Shown here: positions 21,414 to 32,390 of the stretch, piece by piece
Position numbering within the stretch: the first letter of the stretch is position 1
Layout of the letters: each line of letters opens with the position of its first letter
NCBI GenBank assembly: GCA_016928955.1
Contig: JAFGJV010000004.1
Span: forward strand, 259,736 to 323,735
DNA from: Spirochaetales bacterium
GTDB lineage: Bacteria > Spirochaetota > Spirochaetia > Treponematales > UBA12059
Reading direction: 5' to 3'
Length of the DNA stretch: 64,000 nt
Position numbers and translations under genes: made by a program
The notes under the pieces: generated by a model
The model's database searches: none
Seen by the model: only the letters and a program-made list of their open reading frames with translations
What the model was told of the DNA's origin: nothing

Positions 21414-22106
21414 ATGAGACGAGTAATCGTGGCGCCGTCGCTGTTGTCGGCCGATTTTGCTGATATGGGCTCTGCCCTTGGGCGCGTGGGGGACAGCGGG
21501 GCCGAATGGGTGCACCTGGACGTCATGGACGGGCGCTTTGTGCCCAACCTAACCTTTGGACCCCAAATGGTCAGGGACCTCAAAAACCGATCAGGGCTCT
21601 TTTTTGACGCCCACCTCATGACCGTTGAGCCCGAACGCCTAGTGGACGATTTCATAGACGCCGGAGCGGACGCAATTACCTTCCATGTGGAGGCCTGCGT
21701 GCACGCGCACCGGCTGTGCCAGCGCATCCGCGCCGCCGGCAGGAAGGCTGGCGTATCCATCGTCCCGTCCACGCCCGCATCAGCCCTGGCCGAGTTGCTA
21801 CCCTATGTGGATCTGGTGCTGGTGATGAGCGTGAACCCGGGCTTCGGCGGCCAGAAAATGATACCCGAATGCATGGACAAGCTGGCCACTCTCAGGGACG
21901 AACGCCAGAAGAGAGGCCTGGATTTTCTTCTTGAAGTAGACGGGGGCATAAACGCCCAGACGGCCGCCTTGGCGCTTGAGTCGGGCGCGGACGTTTTGGT
22001 CATGGGCAGCGCCTTCTTTGACGCGCCGGAACCTGCGGCCCTGGTGGCCATGGTCCGGAAGCTCGGGGAGTCCCAGCCTCCAGCGGACGCTCCAAAGCGC
22101 CGATAG
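21414..22106 (+). CDS. rpe: Ribulose-phosphate 3-epimerase
   Basis: APSLLSADF, HLDVMDGRFVPN, MSVNPGFGGQ, EVDGG. Confidence 0.95.
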   Translation: MRRVIVAPSLLSADFADMGSALGRVGDSGAEWVHLDVMDGRFVPNLTFGPQMVRDLKNRSGLFFDAHLMTVEPERLVDDFIDAGADAITFHVEACVHAHRLCQRIRAAGRKAGVSIVPSTPASALAELLPYVDLVLVMSVNPGFGGQKMIPECMDKLATLRDERQKRGLDFLLEVDGGINAQTAALALESGADVLVMGSAFFDAPEPAALVAMVRKLGESQPPADAPKRR

Positions 22107-22208
22107 TTTCAAGGGGGATCCCGGTCCACGCGGGACGGAATCAGGATCAACCAGCAGGAAAGCGGGGCGTTCCCGCCGGGGGCGGACGCCGTGACTGGAA
22201 GGATGAGC

Positions 22209-23195
22209 ATGAAGCCACAACGCGCTGTATTTGGGGCGCTGGTTCTTGTCTTGGGCGGGGCTCTTGCCGCGGCCCAGACGGCCGGGAGCCTTGACGTCCT
22301 CAAGCGGGGCATACAGCTGTTCGCCGAGGGGCGGTACGCTGAAGCACAGCCCCTGTTCGACACCCTGTCGCGCGATACAGCGGCCGGGACCTACCGGTCG
22401 GAGGGCGCCTACTGGTCAGCCCAGTGCCTGGTGGCCGAAGGGCGGCTAGACGACGCGGCCACGGCTATAGACGCCTTCCTCAAGGCGTACCCTGGCCACG
22501 GCAGGCTGGAAGAGCTCGTGTACCAGCGCGGCCGCGTCCACCACCTCAAGGGCCAGTACGAGGAAGCCGTACAGGTATTCGCGTCGTACATAGCGACATA
22601 CCCGGACGGGGACAACGTTCCGGCGGCCGTGTTCTGGTCCGCTGAAGGCCTGTACGCCCTTGGCAAGCTGGACGAGGCAGAGCGTTTGTACACCCTGGTC
22701 ACCGATGGCTACGCGGCGTCGGTCAAGGCCGAGGCCGCCCGCTACAGGCTTTCCCTGGTCCAGTTCAAGCGACGCGAGGACGAGCTTTTGACCCTGCTCA
22801 AGTGGAGCCACGAGGAATCCCTGCGCATCATCGAGGAATTCCAGCGCCGCGAAAAGGCCTACGAGCAGGCCCTGGCCGTGTACCAGAAACGGTACGGCGA
22901 GATCAAGACAGGCACCCTGGAAACCCAAAGCGGCCTGGAAGAGGAAATAGCCGCTCTCAAGAGCTCCATGGACGACCTGGCCAAACGCCTCCAGGAAAAG
23001 GACGACATGGTGGCCCAGCTTGAGAGCTCGCTCGCGGCTGCCCGGCAATCGGCTGACAGCGCCGAACAGCTGTCCGGCTCGGTGGCGGCCGCCGGAGCCG
23101 AGGCCGAGCTCCTGGCCATGAAGGAACGGACCCTGGCCCTGATAGAACTGTATCTTCAGATCCTCCTGGGCGAGGCATCGGAGGCATCCGAATGA
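22209..23195 (+). CDS. Secreted TPR protein with a C-terminal coiled coil (YbgF/CpoB-like architecture)
   Basis: Signal peptide MKPQRAVFGALVLVLGGALAAAQ, several TPR units, then a heptad-rich tail. GGAAGGA precedes the ATG at 22209; the ORF-track GTG at 22191 is also possible. Confidence 0.65.
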   Translation: MKPQRAVFGALVLVLGGALAAAQTAGSLDVLKRGIQLFAEGRYAEAQPLFDTLSRDTAAGTYRSEGAYWSAQCLVAEGRLDDAATAIDAFLKAYPGHGRLEELVYQRGRVHHLKGQYEEAVQVFASYIATYPDGDNVPAAVFWSAEGLYALGKLDEAERLYTLVTDGYAASVKAEAARYRLSLVQFKRREDELLTLLKWSHEESLRIIEEFQRREKAYEQALAVYQKRYGEIKTGTLETQSGLEEEIAALKSSMDDLAKRLQEKDDMVAQLESSLAAARQSADSAEQLSGSVAAAGAEAELLAMKERTLALIELYLQILLGEASEASE

Positions 23196-24244
23196 GACGA
23201 TACCGAGTGACCGCCTGCGCCTTGCTGCTCCTCTGCGGTTCGGCCTTTGCCCTGGATTTCCAGTCGGGCTCCATCCGCCTGAGCGTTGACGAAAAGACAG
23301 GCCGCTTTTCCGTGTACCAGCTTGCCGAGGACCAGCGCTGGGCCCCCCTCCTGTACGACCAGGAAACCCGCACCAGCTACGCGTCCCTGTCCGTTGACGG
23401 CAAGGTGTACCGCCTGGGCGAATCGGGAGATTTCAGGGTGAGCCTTCTGTCCAAGACCGCCGACGGCTGCGTGATCGAGCACCGCTCCAAGGAACTGGTG
23501 GTCAGGCAAACCTTCACGCTGGCCAAAAGCGGTGACAGCGCGTACGGCGTCGCCATTGCATACGAACTGGAAAACGTGGGCGGCACTGCCCGCGTCGTTG
23601 GCCTGCGCGTACTCCTGGACACCTGGCTGGGAGAGAAGTCCGGCCCCCATTTTACGAACAAGAACGGACCGGTTGCCAACGAAACGCTCCTTGAGGCGGA
23701 CTCGGGACTGGAATACGTGAAAAGCGCCTCTGGCCCGACCAGCCTGTCCATACTCCTGTCAGCGCCGGCAAGCGTCCCCGATACGACCCTCCTGGCCAAC
23801 TGGAAACGCCTGAACGACGCAAGCTGGTCCTTTGACTCGTATGCGACCAGGAATTTCACCCTGTTGCCGTATTCCATCAACGACAGCGCCGTGGCCCTCT
23901 ACTACAACCCGGAAACCCTGGCGCCCAAGGCAAAACGGAACATCAACCTGTTCCTGAGCACGGCGGATCCAGAAGCGGCCGCTATCCTGGCCGGCGCAGC
24001 CGACGGGGCGACCACAGACGCCGCGGCTGGCTCTGCTACAGAACCAACCACACAGGCGACCGGTACCGCCACCGCGGCACCCAGCGAGCTGTCGTCGTCG
24101 GTCATGACCGAATTGCTGAGCGCCCGCGCCCTGCTGGCCCGCATTAACGAGGCCATTGCCGCCGGCGGTACCCTGTCCGATGAGGAGCTTGCGGCCATAC
24201 GCGAACTCCTCGCTCGCCTGGAAGAACGGGCGGCGGGTTACTGA
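23192..24244 (+). CDS. Secreted or lipoprotein of unknown function
   Basis: N-terminus MRRYRVTACALLLLCGSAFA, a beta-rich body, an A/T/E low-complexity linker and a terminal amphipathic helix. ATGA overlap with the upstream TPR gene. Confidence 0.6.
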   Translation: MRRYRVTACALLLLCGSAFALDFQSGSIRLSVDEKTGRFSVYQLAEDQRWAPLLYDQETRTSYASLSVDGKVYRLGESGDFRVSLLSKTADGCVIEHRSKELVVRQTFTLAKSGDSAYGVAIAYELENVGGTARVVGLRVLLDTWLGEKSGPHFTNKNGPVANETLLEADSGLEYVKSASGPTSLSILLSAPASVPDTTLLANWKRLNDASWSFDSYATRNFTLLPYSINDSAVALYYNPETLAPKAKRNINLFLSTADPEAAAILAGAADGATTDAAAGSATEPTTQATGTATAAPSELSSSVMTELLSARALLARINEAIAAGGTLSDEELAAIRELLARLEERAAGY

Positions 24245-24248
24245 TACC

Positions 24249-25328
24249 GTGGCATCAAATCCCTTGGACGACGCCGAGCGCCTGTACGCACGGCGTCGGT
24301 GGGCGGACCTCATCCAGCTCCTCGAGCCCCTGTCGCCCATGTACCGGGAGAACCGTCGTTTCTGCTACCTCCTTGCCACGGCCTATCTCCACAGCGAGGA
24401 CATAGGCGGAGCGTACTCGTATTTCCGTCGAGCCCAAAGCCTGGATTTCCGCGACCCCGACATTGCCGCGGGCATGGCCGCCGTCCTGGTGCGCAGGGGC
24501 GAGAGCGACAAGGCAGTTCAGCTGTATATAGACATCCTGGAGCGCTTTCCGGGCAATGCAAGGGCCACACGCGCTCTCGGCTTCTTGAGAAGGCAGGCAA
24601 GTTCTGGCGACGACGACGTTGACTCCGGCCGACTTCGCGGGCTGTACCCGGGACCCGGCTTCAACTATAGGCCGCTGGCCGTGACCGCCGCCTGTGTGGT
24701 GGCCGTTCTGGTCCTGGCCCTGGCCGCGCCCCGGCTTCTATCGATGGCGGGCAACGCCAATCCTCCGCGGCCGGGCGTAAGCGACGTGGTCCTGGCCGCC
24801 GAGGACCTGGCGGAGCCTGTTGGCTCCGGCGGCGGATTTTTGTTCGTGCTGACCGAGCGGGAAGCGGTGGACGCCTTTGACAGGGCCAAGCGCCTGTTCC
24901 TGGATTACCGCGACGAGGCCGCCCTGGTCGAGATCAACCGCCTGCGCCTGTCCAACGCGTCGTCCAGGTTTAAAGCCAAGGCGGAGGCCCTGGCCGTGTA
25001 CGCCAGGGAGCCGAGTTTCCTCTCGCTGCCCGACCGTTACGAGTGGGCTGACGTGAGCGCCCTGCCGGCACTGTATAACGGCGTCGGAGTGGCATGGAAA
25101 GGCCTCCCGGCAAACTTGGAGAGCGGCGACGGCTGGACCAGGTTCGATCTCCTGGTAGGCTACCACGACAAAAACCGGCTCTTGGGCATAGTGCCCGTCC
25201 GCTTTCCCTTTGAGCTGTCGGTGGATCCGGACTCGCCCATCGAGGTACTCGGCAGGGTGCGCCCGGGTTCAGCCAACGACGCCCGTTTCACCCTAGACGG
25301 CATAGCCGTGCACGCCTTCAACCCGTGA
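24249..25328 (+). CDS. TPR protein with one TM helix and a C-terminal extracytoplasmic domain
   Basis: N-terminal TPR units, TM segment [19 protein letters not shown], then a ~210-aa domain. I chose the GTG at 24249, 5 nt after the previous stop; the ORF-track ATG at 24156 would overlap the previous gene by 89 nt. Confidence 0.6.
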   Translation: MASNPLDDAERLYARRRWADLIQLLEPLSPMYRENRRFCYLLATAYLHSEDIGGAYSYFRRAQSLDFRDPDIAAGMAAVLVRRGESDKAVQLYIDILERFPGNARATRALGFLRRQASSGDDDVDSGRLRGLYPGPGFNYRPLAVTAACVVAVLVLALAAPRLLSMAGNANPPRPGVSDVVLAAEDLAEPVGSGGGFLFVLTEREAVDAFDRAKRLFLDYRDEAALVEINRLRLSNASSRFKAKAEALAVYAREPSFLSLPDRYEWADVSALPALYNGVGVAWKGLPANLESGDGWTRFDLLVGYHDKNRLLGIVPVRFPFELSVDPDSPIEVLGRVRPGSANDARFTLDGIAVHAFNP

Positions 25329-25341
25329 AAGGACGACAGCC

Positions 25342-25809
25342 TTGAAAGCCGTGGTACAGCGTGTGCGCGACGCTTCCGTTACGGTTGGCGGAACGGTGGT
25401 GGGGCGGATTTCCAGAGGGCTCCTGGTGTATCTGGGCGTGGGTCACGGCGACACCGAACGGGACGCCGCCTGGCTGGCCGACAAAATTTGCGGGCTGAGG
25501 ATTTTTGAGGACGACGCTGGCAAGATGAACCTATCGGTGGCCGATATCGGCGCGGGCGTGCTGGTCGTGTCCCAGTTCACCCTGCTGGGCGACGCCCGGA
25601 AGGGTAGGCGCCCCTCGTTCAATGACGCCGCTCCTCCGCAACTGGCCAAGGCCCTGTACGAGTCGTTCTTGGGCATGGTAGCAGCCGTTATTCCAGAAAC
25701 CGCCGCAGGCAGCTTTGGCGCCATGATGGACGTGGCCTACGTCAACGAAGGTCCGGTAACGATACTCCTGGATACTAACAGGCTGTTGACAAACAGCGGA
25801 TGCGAGTAA
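25342..25809 (+). CDS. dtd: D-aminoacyl-tRNA deacylase
   Basis: MKAVVQRV...GLLVYLGV...SQFTL..D..KGRRPSF. TTG start. Confidence 0.9.
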   Translation: MKAVVQRVRDASVTVGGTVVGRISRGLLVYLGVGHGDTERDAAWLADKICGLRIFEDDAGKMNLSVADIGAGVLVVSQFTLLGDARKGRRPSFNDAAPPQLAKALYESFLGMVAAVIPETAAGSFGAMMDVAYVNEGPVTILLDTNRLLTNSGCE

Positions 25810-25852
25810 AATGAAGGCTCCTGGCAAAGTACCCGGCTTAGTAAGGAGCCTG

Positions 25853-26581
25853 CTAAGCTTCCTTGACCGCGATCGAGCGGCCGAACGGGCACCAAGACCC
25901 AAAAGGACATCCTGAACACACTGGCCTGGCCTTGCACCGCCGTTTGGCGTGGTCAACGAGCAGGGCATGGGCTTCAGCCAGGTAGGCCGGTTCTCGGGGC
26001 AGGTTGGCCTCAGCGTATGCCCTTGCACGCTCGTAGGTCGGTTTCTCGCCTACGAGGCCAAGCCGGGAGAATATCCTCCGGGCATAGGCGTCGGCCACAA
26101 AAACCGGAACTCCGTAGCAATAGAGTAGCACGCAGTCCGCCGTTTCTGGCCCAAAGGCTGTGAGCCCGAGCAGATACTGTCGTGTCGGCACAGCGCTATC
26201 TATCTCCGGCCAGCACTCGGCCAGATTGCGCACGTACTGGGCTTTGCGGCGGTAGGTGCCGGCGGGCCTAAGCAGTTCCGCCAGCTGGTCATCTGGCGTG
26301 TTCAAAATGCCCGTGGGCGACAAGATACCGGCCGTGGCCACGGCCGCCACGGCCTTGGAAGCTCCGCGCCAGGCCGTATTTTGAGCCAGGATGGCCCCCA
26401 CGGCTATTTCAAAGCGCGCGCTTGCCATCCTCCCGTCGCCGCCCGGACCAACCGGCTGGGACGGTGAGAGGAGGTAGCCGCCTTCTTTCCGTCCCTCGCC
26501 GCCGCCGCGGGACGGTAGAGGCCACCAGCCCCTCGGTCCGTAGCAATCGGCCAGGGCGCCTATCACGTGTGCCAGGTCCAT
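25853..26581 (-). CDS. Endonuclease III-related HhH-GPD base-excision repair protein with a C-terminal Fe-S cysteine cluster
   Basis: ILAQNTAW, HhH segment FGPETADCVLLY, and C-x5-C-x2-C-x5-C at the C-terminus. Start set at MDLAHV (26581), because the longer ORF would be translated through the ppdK terminator hairpin. Confidence 0.8.
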   Translation of the reverse strand: MDLAHVIGALADCYGPRGWWPLPSRGGGEGRKEGGYLLSPSQPVGPGGDGRMASARFEIAVGAILAQNTAWRGASKAVAAVATAGILSPTGILNTPDDQLAELLRPAGTYRRKAQYVRNLAECWPEIDSAVPTRQYLLGLTAFGPETADCVLLYCYGVPVFVADAYARRIFSRLGLVGEKPTYERARAYAEANLPREPAYLAEAHALLVDHAKRRCKARPVCSGCPFGSWCPFGRSIAVKEA

Positions 26582-26590
26582 GCTGCCCCC

Positions 26591-26628
26591 AAAAAAAGCG
26601 CCCGGCCGATGTTTGGCGGCCGGGCGCT
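26591..26628 (-). terminator. Rho-independent terminator of ppdK
   Basis: On the minus strand: perfect 12-bp stem agcgcccggccg/cggccgggcgct, 8-nt loop, then T7. It starts 18 nt after the ppdK stop. Confidence 0.8.
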
Positions 26629-26645
26629 TGAACATGATGCGTGCC

Positions 26646-29309
<2,664 letters not shown>

Positions 29310-29337
29310 CAGATATTATCCTCCGTTCGTAAGTGGA

Positions 29338-29366
29338 AACGTACAGGAAAGAACAACGACTGTCAA
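29338..29366 (-). promoter_or_regulatory. Candidate ppdK promoter
   Basis: Minus strand TTGACA-N17-TACGTT, followed by a leader of about 25 nt containing GGAGGA. Confidence 0.45.
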
Positions 29367-29433
29367 TAAACCGCAAGGAAAACCGGTACTTTGCGCGTTC
29401 CGGAAGGTCCTGTAGGCCAGCCTGGGCGGGACT

Positions 29434-30624
29434 TCAGAGGTTGATGGCCAGGGTGATCACGGTAAGGTCGGACCCGGACACCTGGTTGACCTGGGACTCA
29501 AACTTTATGTTGACTTTCTCGCAGGCTTCGGACAGGTAGGACAGGTAATACAGGCCCAGTTCCGTGTTTGCCTCGCCGTCTGGCAGGTCCTTGTAGAAAT
29601 CCTGGAGGCTGCGCTTGCGCAGGTCGGCGCTCTTTTTCTCGTCGAACGCCTCTTTCATCTTCTCGTACTCGGATTCCTTATTGAAGATGGTGACCTGGAG
29701 TTTGCCCTGCGTGCCTATGGACGCGCCCCGAGAGCCCAGCTTCCACGACACGTACACCAGCTCGCCCTTGCGCTTAAGCGATTCTATGACCTGCCTGCGT
29801 ACGTTCGGGTCAAAGAGCACCGAATTCATGTCCACGGCGCCCTTGAAGATGGCCTTGGCCTCACGCTTGAGGTTCGAGTTCTCGGCGTTGGTAGCCAGCT
29901 CCATGATATTGAGGGCCACGTACTCGGCAATTTTTGCCTTTTCCATGTATTCGGCCAGGCTCGTGCGTATGTCCTTGATCAGGGCCTCGTAGCCGTCCGA
30001 GCCCTTGAATTTGGTGACGATGAACCAGATGAAGGGCCGGAGGTTGTTGAGGAACTTTTCGGACAGAAGGAGCTGTATGTTCTTTTCCTCGGGCAGGAGG
30101 CTCGAGTTCTTGGATATGAACGCGTACATGGGCGCGAGGATGGACTGCTTGATCTCGGCTATGTCCTTTTCCTTTTCCTTCAGGATGTTCTGGAGGAAGG
30201 CCTCGTTGGTCTTGGTCTTGTCGTCTATGATATTGGCTGGATTCTTGCGGTTCCAGTTCCTGATCACCTCGCTGGCCAAGACGCGCTGGAAAATATAGCC
30301 GTCGTACTGGCGGTAGAGCATGGAGTAGGTGATCAGCTTGGATATGTCCATCACTTCCTGGCGTATGGTCACGAATTCGCTGTTGGATATCTCCACTTTG
30401 GACACGTAGTCGATCAGCATCATGCGCTGGAGGCTGCCCGGGGTGAAACGGTCCATCAGGATGCCGTATTCCTCCACGTTGTCCGCCAGCTTGAATTTGC
30501 GCAGGTTTTTCTTGTTGTTGATGAAAAAGGTGGTACCCACCTCGGTGAGTATCACCTTGACGGGCAATTCTATGATGGCTTTGCGTTCCTGCGAACCCAT
30601 TCGATGGACGCTCCAGGGAGTCAT
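29434..30624 (-). CDS. Unknown K/N/I-rich protein with a C-terminal GHKL(HATPase_c)-like motif pattern
   Basis: Long ORF with visibly lower GC. Candidate N-box ELATNAENSN and G-box ELGLYYLSYL, as in SpoIIAB/RsbW-type or histidine-kinase ATPase folds. Start uncertain: ATG 30624 or 30600; the ORF-track start at 30753 lies upstream of the predicted promoter. Confidence 0.6.
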   Translation of the reverse strand: MTPWSVHRMGSQERKAIIELPVKVILTEVGTTFFINNKKNLRKFKLADNVEEYGILMDRFTPGSLQRMMLIDYVSKVEISNSEFVTIRQEVMDISKLITYSMLYRQYDGYIFQRVLASEVIRNWNRKNPANIIDDKTKTNEAFLQNILKEKEKDIAEIKQSILAPMYAFISKNSSLLPEEKNIQLLLSEKFLNNLRPFIWFIVTKFKGSDGYEALIKDIRTSLAEYMEKAKIAEYVALNIMELATNAENSNLKREAKAIFKGAVDMNSVLFDPNVRRQVIESLKRKGELVYVSWKLGSRGASIGTQGKLQVTIFNKESEYEKMKEAFDEKKSADLRKRSLQDFYKDLPDGEANTELGLYYLSYLSEACEKVNIKFESQVNQVSGSDLTVITLAINL

Positions 30625-30679
30625 AACTTGAGCGGCGCCGTCCGGGCGCGCGTCATGCCCGGAACCCGGGCACGCTGTT

Positions 30680-30708
30680 AGTATACCCGAAAGCCCGATG
30701 TATGTAAA
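30680..30708 (-). promoter_or_regulatory. Strong sigma70-like promoter for the 29434-30624 gene
   Basis: Minus strand TTTACA-N17-TATACT. It gives a leader of about 50-70 nt containing two small GC hairpins. Confidence 0.55.
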
Positions 30709-30743
30709 ACGATAACGAACGTGCCCGACATCGCCCAAGCGTA

Positions 30744-30772
30744 TTGACGACACAGGCGCGCCGGCCTAAGAT
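30744..30772 (+). promoter_or_regulatory. Promoter abutting the start codon of the 30783 gene (near-leaderless)
   Basis: TTGACG-N17-TAAGAT-N10-ATG with no Shine-Dalgarno. Back-to-back with the minus-strand promoter; the two -35 boxes are 35 bp apart. Confidence 0.5.
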
Positions 30773-30782
30773 CGCCTCCATC

Positions 30783-32387
30783 ATGCCGCGCCGTGCCTGT
30801 GTACTCCTCGTAGCCGTGACCGCCCTGAACCTGGCCTGGCCGGAGGAGGGGCAGTGGTCCTTCAGCGCCTGCCTGGAAGCCGTCACCAGCCGGGGCCTGG
30901 AAACAGCCGCGGCGGAGCTGGCCCTTGGCGGCGGCGCCGTCCTCAGCCAGGAGCTGGGTATCCTGTACGACGGCGTGGCGTTTGCGTACACGACCGGAAA
31001 CGCCGACCAGCCGAACCTGGTCCTGGTTGTAGAAGCGGAAGGTGCCAGCCCCTGGTCGTCGGCCCTGTGGCTGTCGGTCATGCAGAGGCTCGGAAAACTG
31101 GATCCGGATGACGGCGGGGCCATGTTCCTTGCTACCGGTTCCCGTGACGGTCCAGCCGACTATGTTGAGCCCGGCTCATCTCCCTGGAAGGAGCATGGTC
31201 CCGTGGAGGCCGCGGCCGACGGAGGCGACCCGCTCGTTCTCATACTGGATTTGGACGGCTTCAGCGGATCACTGGCGGTCAGGGCGGAGGCGTCCGGTCG
31301 CTTGGCGCCGCGAGATGCCCTGGATACGCTCCGGACGTTTCTGGCAGACAGTGGCGTACCCCATGAGATATTCCCGGTTGAAATGCTCTTTGCCAAGGCG
31401 GGGCTCGCACAAGGCTGGCCAGACCTTGAACCCTGGCTTGACGCGGGTCTCAGGGCCTTTGCCCTTGAAGCCATACCCGACGGCATCAGCCACCCCGTAG
31501 ACCAGGCCGAACGTCTGGCCACGGCCATAGCCGGCCTGGCCGCGGTGCCCAGCCCAGCCCCTGAATCCCCAGCCTTCAGGCAGGGCGACGTCAATTACCT
31601 GGCCTATCCCTTGCCGGGTACAACCCTTATCGTGTCGGACCACGCCCTTACCGTGCTGATACTGATCACGGGAGCCGCGGCATTGGGCTTTGCTTTTTTT
31701 GCCGTTGCCAAACGCGCACCCGACCTGCCTGACAGACGGCGCAGGGAAAGGGCCGGGCGTGAAGCCCTGGCCGCCTTTGCCCTGGCCGGCGGGGCCGCGC
31801 TGGCGGCCACGTATCTGGGCAGGGCGGCCGTGGCCCTCGCTCCGTCCGCCGCCTCCGAAACCGGCCCATGGGTGCTGACCATCCGCCTTGGCGTGCGCCT
31901 TTTGTCCTTCCTTTCGGCGTACTTTGCCCTGTCCGGCTTTGCTGTCCGCCTGGGCATCCTGTCCGATGTCAGGCGGGCGACGGCGGCCCGGGCGGCATCG
32001 TTGGGTTTCAGCGCCGTGGCGATGGCATCCGTCCTGTTTTTCCCGGCAGCCGCTCCCTGGGCCTTTGCCTGCGCCGTGGCGGCCGGACTTGGCGGCGTGT
32101 CGCCCCTGAGTTCCGGCGTGCTCGTGACTGCGGCGGCGGGTGTCCTGCTGCCGTTCCTTGTGCCGCTGGCCGTTGGAAACTATCCCGACATCGTTCTGGC
32201 GCTCCTCAGGGGAGGAGCCCGCAGCGCCCTGATCCAGGCCGTGATAGCCGCGCCGTTTACCCTGTGGCTGGCGTCCGTCATTTCTGGCAAGCACCGGCTT
32301 AGGCGCGGGCGAAAGCCGGCCTTCCTGTTCGCGCTTGGCCCCCTGGCGGCAGCGGCTGTGGAATACGCCCTGGTCAGGTTCGGATAG
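30783..32387 (+). CDS. Polytopic membrane protein of unknown function with a ~280-aa N-terminal extracytoplasmic domain
   Basis: Signal/anchor MPRRACVLLVAVTALNLA, followed after residue ~290 by about 8 A/L/G-rich TM segments. Confidence 0.6.
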   Translation: MPRRACVLLVAVTALNLAWPEEGQWSFSACLEAVTSRGLETAAAELALGGGAVLSQELGILYDGVAFAYTTGNADQPNLVLVVEAEGASPWSSALWLSVMQRLGKLDPDDGGAMFLATGSRDGPADYVEPGSSPWKEHGPVEAAADGGDPLVLILDLDGFSGSLAVRAEASGRLAPRDALDTLRTFLADSGVPHEIFPVEMLFAKAGLAQGWPDLEPWLDAGLRAFALEAIPDGISHPVDQAERLATAIAGLAAVPSPAPESPAFRQGDVNYLAYPLPGTTLIVSDHALTVLILITGAAALGFAFFAVAKRAPDLPDRRRRERAGREALAAFALAGGAALAATYLGRAAVALAPSAASETGPWVLTIRLGVRLLSFLSAYFALSGFAVRLGILSDVRRATAARAASLGFSAVAMASVLFFPAAAPWAFACAVAAGLGGVSPLSSGVLVTAAAGVLLPFLVPLAVGNYPDIVLALLRGGARSALIQAVIAAPFTLWLASVISGKHRLRRGRKPAFLFALGPLAAAAVEYALVRFG

Positions 32388-32390
32388 ACC

